64,000 nucleotides of DNA from Thermoplasmata archaeon (GTDB taxonomy: Archaea > Thermoplasmatota > Thermoplasmata > Lutacidiplasmatales > UBA184), in the NCBI GenBank assembly GCA_021790425.1, contig JAJYEA010000001.1, forward strand, positions 19-64,018. Direction: 5' to 3'. The number at the start of each line of letters is the position of its first letter. The first letter of the stretch is position 1. Shown in pieces: positions 9,340-18,143 of this stretch. The notes beneath the pieces were generated by a model. It was not told where the DNA came from, made no database searches, and worked only from the letters and a program-made list of their open reading frames with translations. A program made the translations under genes and the position numbers.

Positions 9340-9879
9340 CTACTCCTCCTTGCTCCGGGAACCCACGGTGCGGCGAAGGCTGCGGGCATGGTTCCGGGTG
9401 AAGGCCCACAGGATCCGCGCCCCTCCGGGCTCGGTCCGCCCCGGGAAGTCGACCGCGACGGCCCCCCCCTTGGAGAAGCGCACGGCGGAGAGCTCCTCGC
9501 CGAAGATGCAGTATCCGATGAACCGGGAAAGTTGGGGTTCGTGACCTACCAGCACCAGGTCCCCTCCCCCCGGGACCGAGCGGGCCTTCCGGAAGAGCTC
9601 CGCCGTGCCGCGCTCGGGTTCCAGTGATTCCCACTCCATCAGCCGGTGCGTCCCCTTCCAGGCCTCCTGGAGCATCTCCGCGGTCTCCCGGGCACGCGCC
9701 AGCGGGCTGGTGACGATGGTGCCCCGTCCCGTCAGGAGTCGCGAGAGGCCCTTTGCTGCCCCGCGGAACTCCTTCCGGCCGGAGGGACGGAGCGGCCGCA
9801 TCCGGTCATCGGGCCATCGGGCGAAGTCGCGTGACGCGGCGGGGGCATGCCGCACCATGATCCATCGGCGCCCGCTCAA
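9340..9879 (-). CDS. sixA: SixA-like histidine phosphatase (phosphoglycerate mutase superfamily)
   Basis: MVRHA, RPL, TSPLARARETA, LVGHEP motifs; start uncertain (TTG 9879 after a GGAG). Confidence 0.85.
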   Translation of the reverse strand: MSGRRWIMVRHAPAASRDFARWPDDRMRPLRPSGRKEFRGAAKGLSRLLTGRGTIVTSPLARARETAEMLQEAWKGTHRLMEWESLEPERGTAELFRKARSVPGGGDLVLVGHEPQLSRFIGYCIFGEELSAVRFSKGGAVAVDFPGRTEPGGARILWAFTRNHARSLRRTVGSRSKEE

Positions 9880-10094
9880 CGTCGGTCTCCCCGTGGAGGG
9901 GGAGCGTCCGGGCGCGCAAGCGATGCGCGGCCGGCGGACCCCGGACGGACTTCCATCGTACCCCCCCGGGACCGTCGAGGAGTAATAGTCTCTCCTTGCT
10001 CCCGCGGAGCTTGGGGGACGCTGCCCGACCCCTCCGGTCGGCGGGCTCGATGCCAGCATCAACTTTTTAGGCGGGGGGGTATTGGTGGTTCGTC

Positions 10095-10688
10095 ATGAGT
10101 GGCACGCCGCCGCAGGGAGGGGTCCAGGGTTCCCAGAGCCTTCCCGAAACCAAGGTCCGATTCTTCAGCCAGGAATACGCCGACATCCAGAAACTGCGCG
10201 AGCTCGCGGGGAAGAACGAGCATCAGGCCATGAAGCTCCGCCACAAGGCGGCCAAATACATGACCTCCATGGAAAATTACCGGTACAAGGCGACCGTCGC
10301 GAAGGAGCGCGCGGCCCTGATGTCGGAGAAGATCGCGGAGGTCGAGGCCCGGATGAAGGAGCTCGAGGACGAGCTCCGGGCGGGCGCCCAGTCGGTCCAG
10401 AGCGGAGGGGTCCGTCCCCGGGACCAGTCCCGGCTCCACCTCAAGATCCGGAGGTCCCAGGAGAAGATCGTCAAGCTCCAGCGACGCTCCGCCTACTATG
10501 CGTCCAAGAACGCGCACTATCTCGCCGTCTCCTCCCAGAAGAAGGTGAAGGCCGACATCCTCCAGGAGCAGGCCAAGGCCTTCGACATCGAGGCCAACAA
10601 CCAGAACACCCGCGCCGACCGGCTGCAGCAGGCGACGTCCACGGACGCCGCCGCCACGAACATGACGCAGCGCCAGATGGGCCGCTGA
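10095..10688 (+). CDS. hypothetical coiled-coil protein
   Basis: All-helical K/E/Q/A-rich 197 aa; TGATG overlap with the next gene. Confidence 0.75.
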   Translation: MSGTPPQGGVQGSQSLPETKVRFFSQEYADIQKLRELAGKNEHQAMKLRHKAAKYMTSMENYRYKATVAKERAALMSEKIAEVEARMKELEDELRAGAQSVQSGGVRPRDQSRLHLKIRRSQEKIVKLQRRSAYYASKNAHYLAVSSQKKVKADILQEQAKAFDIEANNQNTRADRLQQATSTDAAATNMTQRQMGR

Positions 10689-11224
10689 TGAAGGTCATCG
10701 TCACCGTCGGCATGCCCGGCTCGGGGAAGGACGAGATCGTGAACGTCGCGAAGAAGCTGGGGCTCCACGTGATCAAGATGGGCGACATGGTCCGTGACGA
10801 GACCCGCCGCCGGGGCCTGCAGCTCAACGACCAGAACATCGGCCGGATCGCGAACGAGGAGCGCGAGAAGCAGGGCGCCGCCATCTGGGCGAAGAAGACC
10901 ATTCCGCGAGTCACCGAGACCGAGACGCTGATCGACGGGGCGCGCAGCGAGGCCGAGATCGCCCTGTTCCGCCACAACTTCGGCGACATGAGCGTCATCG
11001 GCGTGTTCTCCTCCCCCGAGAGCCGCTTCGAGCGGCTCAGCCACCGGGGCCGCGGGGACGACTCCATGAGCATGGAGGCCTTCTACGAACGCGACCGGCG
11101 CGAGCTCAAGTTCGGGATCGGGAACGCCTTCGCCCTGGCCGACCACATGCTGGTCAACGACAGCACGCTCGAATCCTTCCGCGCCCAGGCCGAGAAGGTC
11201 CTGACCGAGATCCTCGAGGAGTGA
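10688..11224 (+). CDS. UPF0200/COG0237 dephospho-CoA-kinase-like P-loop kinase
   Basis: VGMPGSGK, MGDMVR, IDGARS..E, RGRGDD, RDRRELKFGIG. Confidence 0.9.
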   Translation: MKVIVTVGMPGSGKDEIVNVAKKLGLHVIKMGDMVRDETRRRGLQLNDQNIGRIANEEREKQGAAIWAKKTIPRVTETETLIDGARSEAEIALFRHNFGDMSVIGVFSSPESRFERLSHRGRGDDSMSMEAFYERDRRELKFGIGNAFALADHMLVNDSTLESFRAQAEKVLTEILEE

Positions 11225-11288
11225 GGCGCGCGAGCCCACCACCGCGTCTCTCGATGGCCTGAAGAGCCCACCCCTTCTCCCCCCTGCC

Positions 11289-12245
11289 ATGGCCACTAAC
11301 TCTCCTGGACCGGACGGCGCCCGCCATGGCCCGCTCCTCCTGGTCCATCTGGGGACGCGGCTCGCCCTCTGCACCCCGGACGGCGGGGAGGTGGCGGGGA
11401 TCCGGCTCCCGTCGAACGGGGAGGACATCGGCCGGATCATGGAGGGCACGGTGCCCGAGCACGTGGAGCGATGGGCCCGGCAGACGCTGGGAAAGCCGCA
11501 GGCACCCACGGTGTTCGCTCGCGATCCGCTCTCCGCCTCGGTCCTGAAGTCGCTCGGACTGCCGGTCCGGTCCCCCCGCACAGCGGATCTCCGCCGGGCG
11601 AGAACACGCTCCTTCGCGGCCCTCCCGCCACGGGAGATGATCGCCCTCGGGTCCGCCGAGCTGGGGGCCCGGCTCTCCTCCCGGGAGGAGCAGGTGATGT
11701 CGCTGAGCCGGGAGTGCGACCGGCTCGAGCGCGTGCTCCGCAAGGACGAGGAGCTGACCACGAACCTGTCGCTCGTCTCCTTCCCGGGAACCGCGGTCGA
11801 GCGCTACCTTCGGGATGCCGGGGCGGCCGTGTCGGCCCTCCAGGCGCGGAGGCTCACCGCGGAACGGTCGCTCACGGAAGAGACCCAGGCGCTCCTGCCC
11901 AACACCTCCACTCTGCTTGGGGTGCGAACCGCGGCGCGGCTCCTCGAGGCCGCCGGTTCGCTCCGCGCCCTCTCGATGATGGGCCCGGGCCGCATCCAGC
12001 TGATCGGTGCCCGTCGCCGCACTCCGGGGAGGGGGCCGCGCTACGGGCTCCTCTTCCTCTCCGAGGGGATGGAATCCGTGCCGTTCGACCGGAGGGGAGC
12101 CCTGGCCCGCACGCTGGCGTCCCTTGCGTCGGTGGCCGTCCGCGCCGACACGCAGACCCACTCGGACATCACGCCGCTACTGCGCACCCACAAGGAGACC
12201 CGGATCCGCGAGCTCTCCCAGCGGCGCGCGGGAGGGGACCGGTGA
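11289..12245 (+). CDS. nop5: Nop5 (Nop56/58) C/D box RNP protein, divergent
   Basis: PNTSTLLGVRTAARLLEAAGSL, IQLIGA, PRYGLLF, RGALARTLA..AVRAD Nop domain; upstream of fibrillarin. Confidence 0.8.
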   Translation: MATNSPGPDGARHGPLLLVHLGTRLALCTPDGGEVAGIRLPSNGEDIGRIMEGTVPEHVERWARQTLGKPQAPTVFARDPLSASVLKSLGLPVRSPRTADLRRARTRSFAALPPREMIALGSAELGARLSSREEQVMSLSRECDRLERVLRKDEELTTNLSLVSFPGTAVERYLRDAGAAVSALQARRLTAERSLTEETQALLPNTSTLLGVRTAARLLEAAGSLRALSMMGPGRIQLIGARRRTPGRGPRYGLLFLSEGMESVPFDRRGALARTLASLASVAVRADTQTHSDITPLLRTHKETRIRELSQRRAGGDR

Positions 12246-13009
12246 CGCGGTCCGAGCGAAACGAACTTCCCCCCCGGCACGGGAGGGAAGTCGGAGGTTC
12301 CGGGCTTCGCACTTCCGAAGGACAGGGCACTCGACCCTTCCGGTCGTTCTACACCCGGGCGCTCGGGAACCCGCCCGCCGTCTACGGGGAGCGGATCCGC
12401 TGGCGGGAGGACGAGGCGTGGCGGCCGATGGAGCCTTCGCGCACCAAGTTGGGCGCGGCGCTGGCCAAGGGCCTCCGCGATCCGCGCCTGGGGCCCGGGA
12501 CGAACGTGCTCTACCTCGGGGCTGCGACGGGCACCACCGCGAGCCACGTGGCCGACCTGGTCGGACCCTCCGGGGTCGTCTATGCGGTGGAGAAGAGTCC
12601 CCGGGCGTTCCTCAAGCTCCTTGCCATGGCCCGGCGGTGGCCGAACGTGGCCCCCGTGCTCCGGGATGCGCGCCGCCCGCAGGATTACCTGGGGCTCGTA
12701 CCGATGGTCGGGGCGATCTATGCCGACATCTCCCAGGCGGACCAGGTCGAGATCGTGACCGCGAACGCCGAGCTCTTCCTGGAGGACGGGGGGTGGCTCC
12801 TCTTCGCGGTGAAGCTCTCGAGCATGGGCCGGGAACTCACCGGCCCCGCCCGGGTCGAGCAGGTGCTCGCGTCCCTCCAGCCCGGATTCCGGGTGGTGGA
12901 ACAGGTCTCCCTGGAGCCCTTCCACCGTAAGCACTTGTTCCTTACCGCGCGCTACGGTGTCCGTGATGGAGCTCCACGAAGCGCGCCGTCACCCCGGACT
13001 TCCAGGTGA
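12242..13009 (+). CDS. flpA: fibrillarin-like rRNA/tRNA 2'-O-methyltransferase
   Basis: VYGE, RTKLGAA, VLYLGAATGTTASHVAD, VYAVE, DARRP, LEPFHRKH; GTG start overlaps the nop5 stop. Confidence 0.93.
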   Translation: MTRSERNELPPRHGREVGGSGLRTSEGQGTRPFRSFYTRALGNPPAVYGERIRWREDEAWRPMEPSRTKLGAALAKGLRDPRLGPGTNVLYLGAATGTTASHVADLVGPSGVVYAVEKSPRAFLKLLAMARRWPNVAPVLRDARRPQDYLGLVPMVGAIYADISQADQVEIVTANAELFLEDGGWLLFAVKLSSMGRELTGPARVEQVLASLQPGFRVVEQVSLEPFHRKHLFLTARYGVRDGAPRSAPSPRTSR

Positions 13010-13547
13010 TCGACAGGGCCGCCACGAAGAAGAACAACGCTCCGCTCACCAGGTCGAAGAGCAGGAACGGAGGCGACCCGATGAGGGTGCTGACGAAGGG
13101 CGTCGAGGCGACCCCCACGAGGTTCACGGCCGACACTATCGCGGTGGGCAGGAGGCAGGCCCACAGGAGCGCGACCAGCGCGGTTCCCCCCTGAAACCAC
13201 CGCTTGCCATCGGGATGGACCCCGATCTTGACGCGCTTGCCGATCACCCTCCCCGCCCCCACACCGAGGAGGCCGGCGACGAGGAGCGCGGCGAAGGATT
13301 CGACCACGAAGAGCGTGTTCCAGACCGAGCTCCCGTACTCCAGCAGGATGATGCCGGCGACCACGGTGATCAGGATGTAGCCGTAGAGGAGCGGGGAGAT
13401 CCAGAAGAGGGGGGTGAGCCGTCGCGGCTTGAGGAGACGGTACTCGAGCCCCAGCAGAAGGAAGACCAAGACGTTGCCGAGGATGAGCAAGAAGGGCAGG
13501 AGCGTCGTGCAGTTCACGCTCGCCGGGCAGTACAGTCCCACGGACAC
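12942..13547 (-). CDS. hypothetical multi-pass membrane protein
   Basis: About 5 hydrophobic segments; converges on and overlaps the fibrillarin 3' end. Confidence 0.65.
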   Translation of the reverse strand: MSVGLYCPASVNCTTLLPFLLILGNVLVFLLLGLEYRLLKPRRLTPLFWISPLLYGYILITVVAGIILLEYGSSVWNTLFVVESFAALLVAGLLGVGAGRVIGKRVKIGVHPDGKRWFQGGTALVALLWACLLPTAIVSAVNLVGVASTPFVSTLIGSPPFLLFDLVSGALFFFVAALSITWKSGVTARFVELHHGHRSAR

Positions 13548-13635
13548 GGGCGGTGATACCCGGGTCCCACCTTAATGGTTCCGCCGATGGGGTGAACCGC
13601 TCGGCGCAGTCGTTCTCTCCCGCCCTGAGCAGGGC

Positions 13636-14301
13636 TCACACCCACGGGCCGACGGACTGACCCGAGATGGCCACCCCGTTGCTGCCCGCGACGTAGAGCA
13701 AGAAGCAACCCTCGACCTCGAACTGGTAGCTCCCGCCGCTCGACGTGAACGAGTACGAGCCCTGCGGTGACGAGCTGGTGAGGACGGACGTGCCTCCCGG
13801 GCTCACGATGGCCAAGGACGCGTAACCGCCCGTCATCCCCGTCCACGAGAAGCTCACGCGGCTCCCCGGGGAGAAGGAGTGGCTCTCCGTGCAGGTAATG
13901 GCCGTACTGCCCCCCTCCCCGATGATCATCTGGAACGACTGGGTGACCGGGACGGTGTAGGCGGCCACCAAGAAGACGACCAGCCCGACGAGGAAGGCCA
14001 CCAGGGCGAACACGATCCGCCGGGAGAGCCGGTTCGGAGCGACCTTGCGGGTACCGCGGCGCCTCGCTACGGAGTCGCTCAGCGTGTCCACCGAATGGTC
14101 GTACTCCTCACGCCGGAGGGGGTCGCTGAGGACGTCGTACGCCTCGTCCAAGACCCGCACCTCGGACCGGGCCCCCTGCGGAACCTCCGTCCAGATCCCG
14201 GGAGGGTAGAGCGCGCGCTGGGCGAGATATGCCCTCCGAATCTCCTCCGGGCTGGCCGAGGTGGCCACCCCGAGCACGTCGTAGTAGTTCTTGCGGGGCA
14301 C
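13636..14301 (-). CDS. membrane-anchored J-domain-like protein lacking HPD
   Basis: NYYDVLGV..AS.EEIRRAY, EAYDVLSDPLRREEYD; one TM; beta-rich C-terminal domain. Confidence 0.85.
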   Translation of the reverse strand: MPRKNYYDVLGVATSASPEEIRRAYLAQRALYPPGIWTEVPQGARSEVRVLDEAYDVLSDPLRREEYDHSVDTLSDSVARRRGTRKVAPNRLSRRIVFALVAFLVGLVVFLVAAYTVPVTQSFQMIIGEGGSTAITCTESHSFSPGSRVSFSWTGMTGGYASLAIVSPGGTSVLTSSSPQGSYSFTSSGGSYQFEVEGCFLLYVAGSNGVAISGQSVGPWV

Positions 14302-14371
14302 GATCCCCTCAGCCCTCCGTGCCCGCGTTCACGGGCCCGACGAGGGCATAGGCGCCCATGAGCTTGCCGGC

Positions 14372-15493
14372 TCAGGTCGCCCCGGGTACCTGTCCCCGCC
14401 GGATGAGCACCGTGACCACGTCCTGGTCGTGGAGGACGTGGTCCTTCCCGATGCGCTGTCCGGGGAAGCGGGCGCTGCGGCCCCAGACCTGGGCCGCGAG
14501 GAAGTTCGCGCTGAGGTCGCGGGGCAGCCTCTCGAGGAGGTCCCGCACGGTCGAGCCCCGCCGCAGGATCATCGGCTCGGCCATGTCGGCCGCCTTCCCC
14601 TGGGGCTTCATGTAAATGCGGACGAAGGCGAGGGTCTCGCCGATCCCGTCGATGAGCGCCTCGAGTCCCTCCCCCGTGGAGGCCGAGGCGAAGAGCGGCT
14701 TCACCGAGATGAGCTTCTCCCGGACCGAGGAGCGTCCCGCCCGGTCGAGCAGGTCGCACTTGTTGACCACCCAGAGCCCGGGCATGTAGACCCGGTTCCC
14801 GGCGATGACGTCGATGAGCTCGTCGACCCCGACGTCCTCCCGGAAGATCACGAGGGCATTGTGGATCCCGAACTGGCGCACGATGTCCGTGGCGAGCTCC
14901 GGGGTGATCCGCGTGAGCCGCACCGTCGACTCGATCTGGACCCCTCCTCGCTCGAGCCGCGTGACGGAGATGTTCGGCGGGCGCCGGTTCACCCGGATCC
15001 CGGCCCCGTCGAGCTCCCGGGCAAGGCTGCGGAACTCGAGGTGGTCCCCGTCGATCACGAAGAGCACCATGTCCGAGGACCGGGCGACCGCGAGCACCTC
15101 CCGTCCCCGGCCGCGCCCCTTGGCGGCCCCCGGGATGAGCCCGGGCATATCGAGGATCTGGATGTTCGCCCCCCGCCAGCTCAGCATGCCGGGGATGATG
15201 GTGGTCGTGGTGAACTCGTAGGCCGCGGCCTCGCTCTCGGCCCCGGTCAGCTTCGTGAGCAGGGTCGACTTCCCCACGGAAGGGTACCCGACGAGCGCGA
15301 CCGTGGCGTTCCCGCTCTTCCGGACGGCGTAGCCGAGCCCGCCGCCGCCCCCCTTCCCGCGCTTCTCCTTCTCGATCTTGAGCGCGGCGATCTTCGCGCG
15401 GAGCTTCCCGATGTGCCCCTCGGTGGCCTTGTTGTGAGGAGTGCGACGGATCTCGTCCTCGATCTCCGCGATCTCCTCGTCGATGGACCCCAT
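14372..15493 (-). CDS. DRG/Rbg-family OBG GTPase with TGS domain
   Basis: NKATEGHIGKL, GYPSVGKST, YEFTT, DMPGLI, NKCD, TGS tail. Confidence 0.96.
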   Translation of the reverse strand: MGSIDEEIAEIEDEIRRTPHNKATEGHIGKLRAKIAALKIEKEKRGKGGGGGLGYAVRKSGNATVALVGYPSVGKSTLLTKLTGAESEAAAYEFTTTTIIPGMLSWRGANIQILDMPGLIPGAAKGRGRGREVLAVARSSDMVLFVIDGDHLEFRSLARELDGAGIRVNRRPPNISVTRLERGGVQIESTVRLTRITPELATDIVRQFGIHNALVIFREDVGVDELIDVIAGNRVYMPGLWVVNKCDLLDRAGRSSVREKLISVKPLFASASTGEGLEALIDGIGETLAFVRIYMKPQGKAADMAEPMILRRGSTVRDLLERLPRDLSANFLAAQVWGRSARFPGQRIGKDHVLHDQDVVTVLIRRGQVPGAT

Positions 15494-15553
15494 GGTGCGC
15501 TTCGGGAAGCAATCTCCCTCGCTCTTTAATCCATCCTACCGGAAGGTCCAGCC

Positions 15554-18115
15554 ATGTGGAGGCGGAACCGACCCTCGATGGCGACCGTCAGCCTCCGGAT
15601 GCGCCCCCCCGCGCACGGACCCGCCCCCTCCTCCGGATCTTCGGCGCGGGGGGACTGGGAGGGGCCCGTGGCGATGCGCGAGGTGCTCAAGGGACTGCAT
15701 GCCCTACGCGTCCCCCTCGCCCTCGACGCGGAGGTGCGGTCGTCGGGGCGCCGCTCGCTCACCCTCACCATCCCGCGGGCGGACCTACCCACCGTGCGTC
15801 GCTTCCTCTGGCCGGTCTACCGCGGCTGGGCTTGGGAGGAACGCCCCTCGGGACCCCCGCACCGGGCCTGGCGCACGGGCCGCGTGGCCCGGATCGTTCG
15901 TTCCGGCGGGCGGGGCGAGGGGCCCTACCCAGAGCTATCCCCGGGCGAACTCCCGGGGTGGACCCCGTGGGAAGGGTTCCTCCGCCTCGTGCTGGAACCC
16001 GGATGGGAGGCATGGATGCGCCTCGTCCTCACTCCCGCGGGGAGCTCCCTTCCCCGTCCGCTCCCTGCTCCGGATCCCGAGGAGCCCCGATCCCCGCCCC
16101 ATGAGATCGGTCGGGAGATGCTGAACCGCACCACTCAGCGCACGCTCGAGCCCCGCTGGAGGGCGGGGGGCATTGTCCTGCTGTGGAACGATGAAAGACC
16201 ACGATCCCTCCCCGCGTCCCGGAGAGGAGCGACTAGGGGCGTCACCCACGCTTCCCTTGGATCGGCCGTCCTACGGGCAGGGGCCCGCACCGCCCAGCCA
16301 GACCGGGATTCCGAACGCCTCTCCCGGTTGCTGTCCGCGCTCTCCACGAATGTCGGGGGAGGGGGATTCCGGCTCTCCTGGGCACGGACCCGATGGGGCA
16401 GTGAAAGGGTGGCCCGCGCCCTGTTGCGGGCTGACGGGCTCGTGGAAGGCGCGTGGGGTTCCCTGCGGGACGGGTTCCTGACCTGTTCCGAGGTCGCCCG
16501 CTGGCTTCCTCCGCGAGAGCTGCGAGACACGTGGTTGCTGACGGCTCCCGAGACCCCTGGAGGGATCGTGCTGGGCCACGATCCGCTGGGCACCCCCGTC
16601 CGCCTCCCCTGGTCCCCCAAGGAGGGACATCACCTGCTCGTGGCGGGGGAGACCGGTCTCGGCAAGAGCACGCTCCTGACCCACCTAGCCACCAAGGTCT
16701 ACGGACCCGATACCTCGATCATCGTCTTCGATCCCTTAGGCGAGTCCGTCCGAGACCTCGCGGCGGCGCTTCCCGAGCGTGCTCGGGGCGAGTGCCTCCT
16801 GATCTCTCCTCGGCGCGCACCGCTCGCTCTGAACGCGCTGGCCCCGCCGCGGGACCCGTCGGCCGCACGGGAGGAGGGCCGAAGTCGGCGCGTGAAGGAG
16901 CTGGTCAGCGCTTTCCGGACCGTGCGGGCCGAGAGGTACGGTGAGACGTTCTACTGGGGGCCCCGGATCGAAGACATCCTGACGCGGGTCTTCCTGCTCC
17001 TCAGCTATTGCCCGGGAGCCACCCTGGAGGATGCGTTGCGGCTCGTCCGTGGTGAGGGAGGTCCGGACCTTCCCCCCGACCTCCCCATCGACCCCGCGCG
17101 CTGGAGGACCATGCAAGAAGAGTTGCGCCAGGAGAAGCCCGAGGACATGAGTGGGGCCCGCCGGGTCCTCAGCGAGGTGACCCTCTCCGCTCCGCTCTCC
17201 CGGATGCTCAATGCCCGGAATCCGCGGTGGGACCTCTCCGAGACCCTGGTCCCGGGCCGGGTGACACTACTCTCGCTGGACCGGCCGGACCTCGGGGGAC
17301 GGGACTCCTCGTACCTGGGCTCCGTTCTCCTGTCGCTCCTCTGGTCGCAGATCTCCTCGGGGAGCCGCGAGAGGTCCAAGGTGGTGCTCGTGCTGGATGA
17401 GGTACAGGAGTACGCCAACGCCTCCTTGGGTGAGATGCTACGGCTGGGACGCCGGTACAACCTGCACGTCTGGCTGGCGACACAGTCGCTCGCCAGCCTG
17501 TCCGCCGACCTGAGGGACACGCTCGTGACGAACGCGCGGGACATCGTCCTCTTCCGAGGGTCCCCGGCGGATGCGCGGCTGGCGGTCGACACCCTGGGTC
17601 TCGCCGAGGCCCGGGACCTCCTCACGCTTCCCCGGGGGCGGGCCATCGCGTTCCTGGAGAAGGCCACCCAGGTGACTCCCGTGAACATCCCCGCCCCCTC
17701 CACGCCGACCGCGGCAGGGAAGGGAAACGACGTGCTCGAGGGGATTGCGCGAGCGACGCTCGACCGGTGGGAGGGTCCGAGCTCTTCTCCTGGCGTTCCC
17801 CCTGGGGGAGAGGAAGTTGCCCCGGCCGAGCCTGGGGAGGGTCTCTTTTCCATCGTCCGGGCGCTTGCCTCGGACGCAGGGTCGGGAGGGGCCGGGGCCC
17901 CCTTCGAGGTCCCCATGCACCGGCTGGTCTCGCTGGCGGGAGGCGATGTTCGCAGGGTTCGAGCCCTGGGGGCCCTGCTCAAGGGTACCGGAGCGCTGGT
18001 GCGCAGCGAGCGGCGAGACGGGGAGAGGGTGTGGGTCCTGACCCGCGACGGCCTAGAGCACTCGCTCCCCGGACCACCCGAGGAGCCCGAACGGAAGCGG
18101 GCGTCGGCCGACTGA
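15554..18115 (+). CDS. HerA/VirB4/VirD4-like (DUF87) P-loop ATPase
   Basis: HLLVAGETGLGKS, IVFDPLG, LVLDEVQ, GRRYNLHVWLATQS; C-terminal winged-helix-like segment. Confidence 0.85.
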   Translation: MWRRNRPSMATVSLRMRPPAHGPAPSSGSSARGDWEGPVAMREVLKGLHALRVPLALDAEVRSSGRRSLTLTIPRADLPTVRRFLWPVYRGWAWEERPSGPPHRAWRTGRVARIVRSGGRGEGPYPELSPGELPGWTPWEGFLRLVLEPGWEAWMRLVLTPAGSSLPRPLPAPDPEEPRSPPHEIGREMLNRTTQRTLEPRWRAGGIVLLWNDERPRSLPASRRGATRGVTHASLGSAVLRAGARTAQPDRDSERLSRLLSALSTNVGGGGFRLSWARTRWGSERVARALLRADGLVEGAWGSLRDGFLTCSEVARWLPPRELRDTWLLTAPETPGGIVLGHDPLGTPVRLPWSPKEGHHLLVAGETGLGKSTLLTHLATKVYGPDTSIIVFDPLGESVRDLAAALPERARGECLLISPRRAPLALNALAPPRDPSAAREEGRSRRVKELVSAFRTVRAERYGETFYWGPRIEDILTRVFLLLSYCPGATLEDALRLVRGEGGPDLPPDLPIDPARWRTMQEELRQEKPEDMSGARRVLSEVTLSAPLSRMLNARNPRWDLSETLVPGRVTLLSLDRPDLGGRDSSYLGSVLLSLLWSQISSGSRERSKVVLVLDEVQEYANASLGEMLRLGRRYNLHVWLATQSLASLSADLRDTLVTNARDIVLFRGSPADARLAVDTLGLAEARDLLTLPRGRAIAFLEKATQVTPVNIPAPSTPTAAGKGNDVLEGIARATLDRWEGPSSSPGVPPGGEEVAPAEPGEGLFSIVRALASDAGSGGAGAPFEVPMHRLVSLAGGDVRRVRALGALLKGTGALVRSERRDGERVWVLTRDGLEHSLPGPPEEPERKRASAD

Positions 18116-18143
18116 AGGAAAGCAGCGGATGCTGTGCCCGAGC

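Noticed and set aside
7778-9634. Apparent 618-aa Ppx with N-terminal extension, or a SixA-Ppx fusion
   Set aside because: The extension overlaps sixA in another frame; sixA stops at 9340 and ppx has its own ATG at 9331
17955-17966. tRNA T-arm-like GGGTTCGAGCCC
   Set aside because: It lies inside the ATPase CDS and no cloverleaf can be formed
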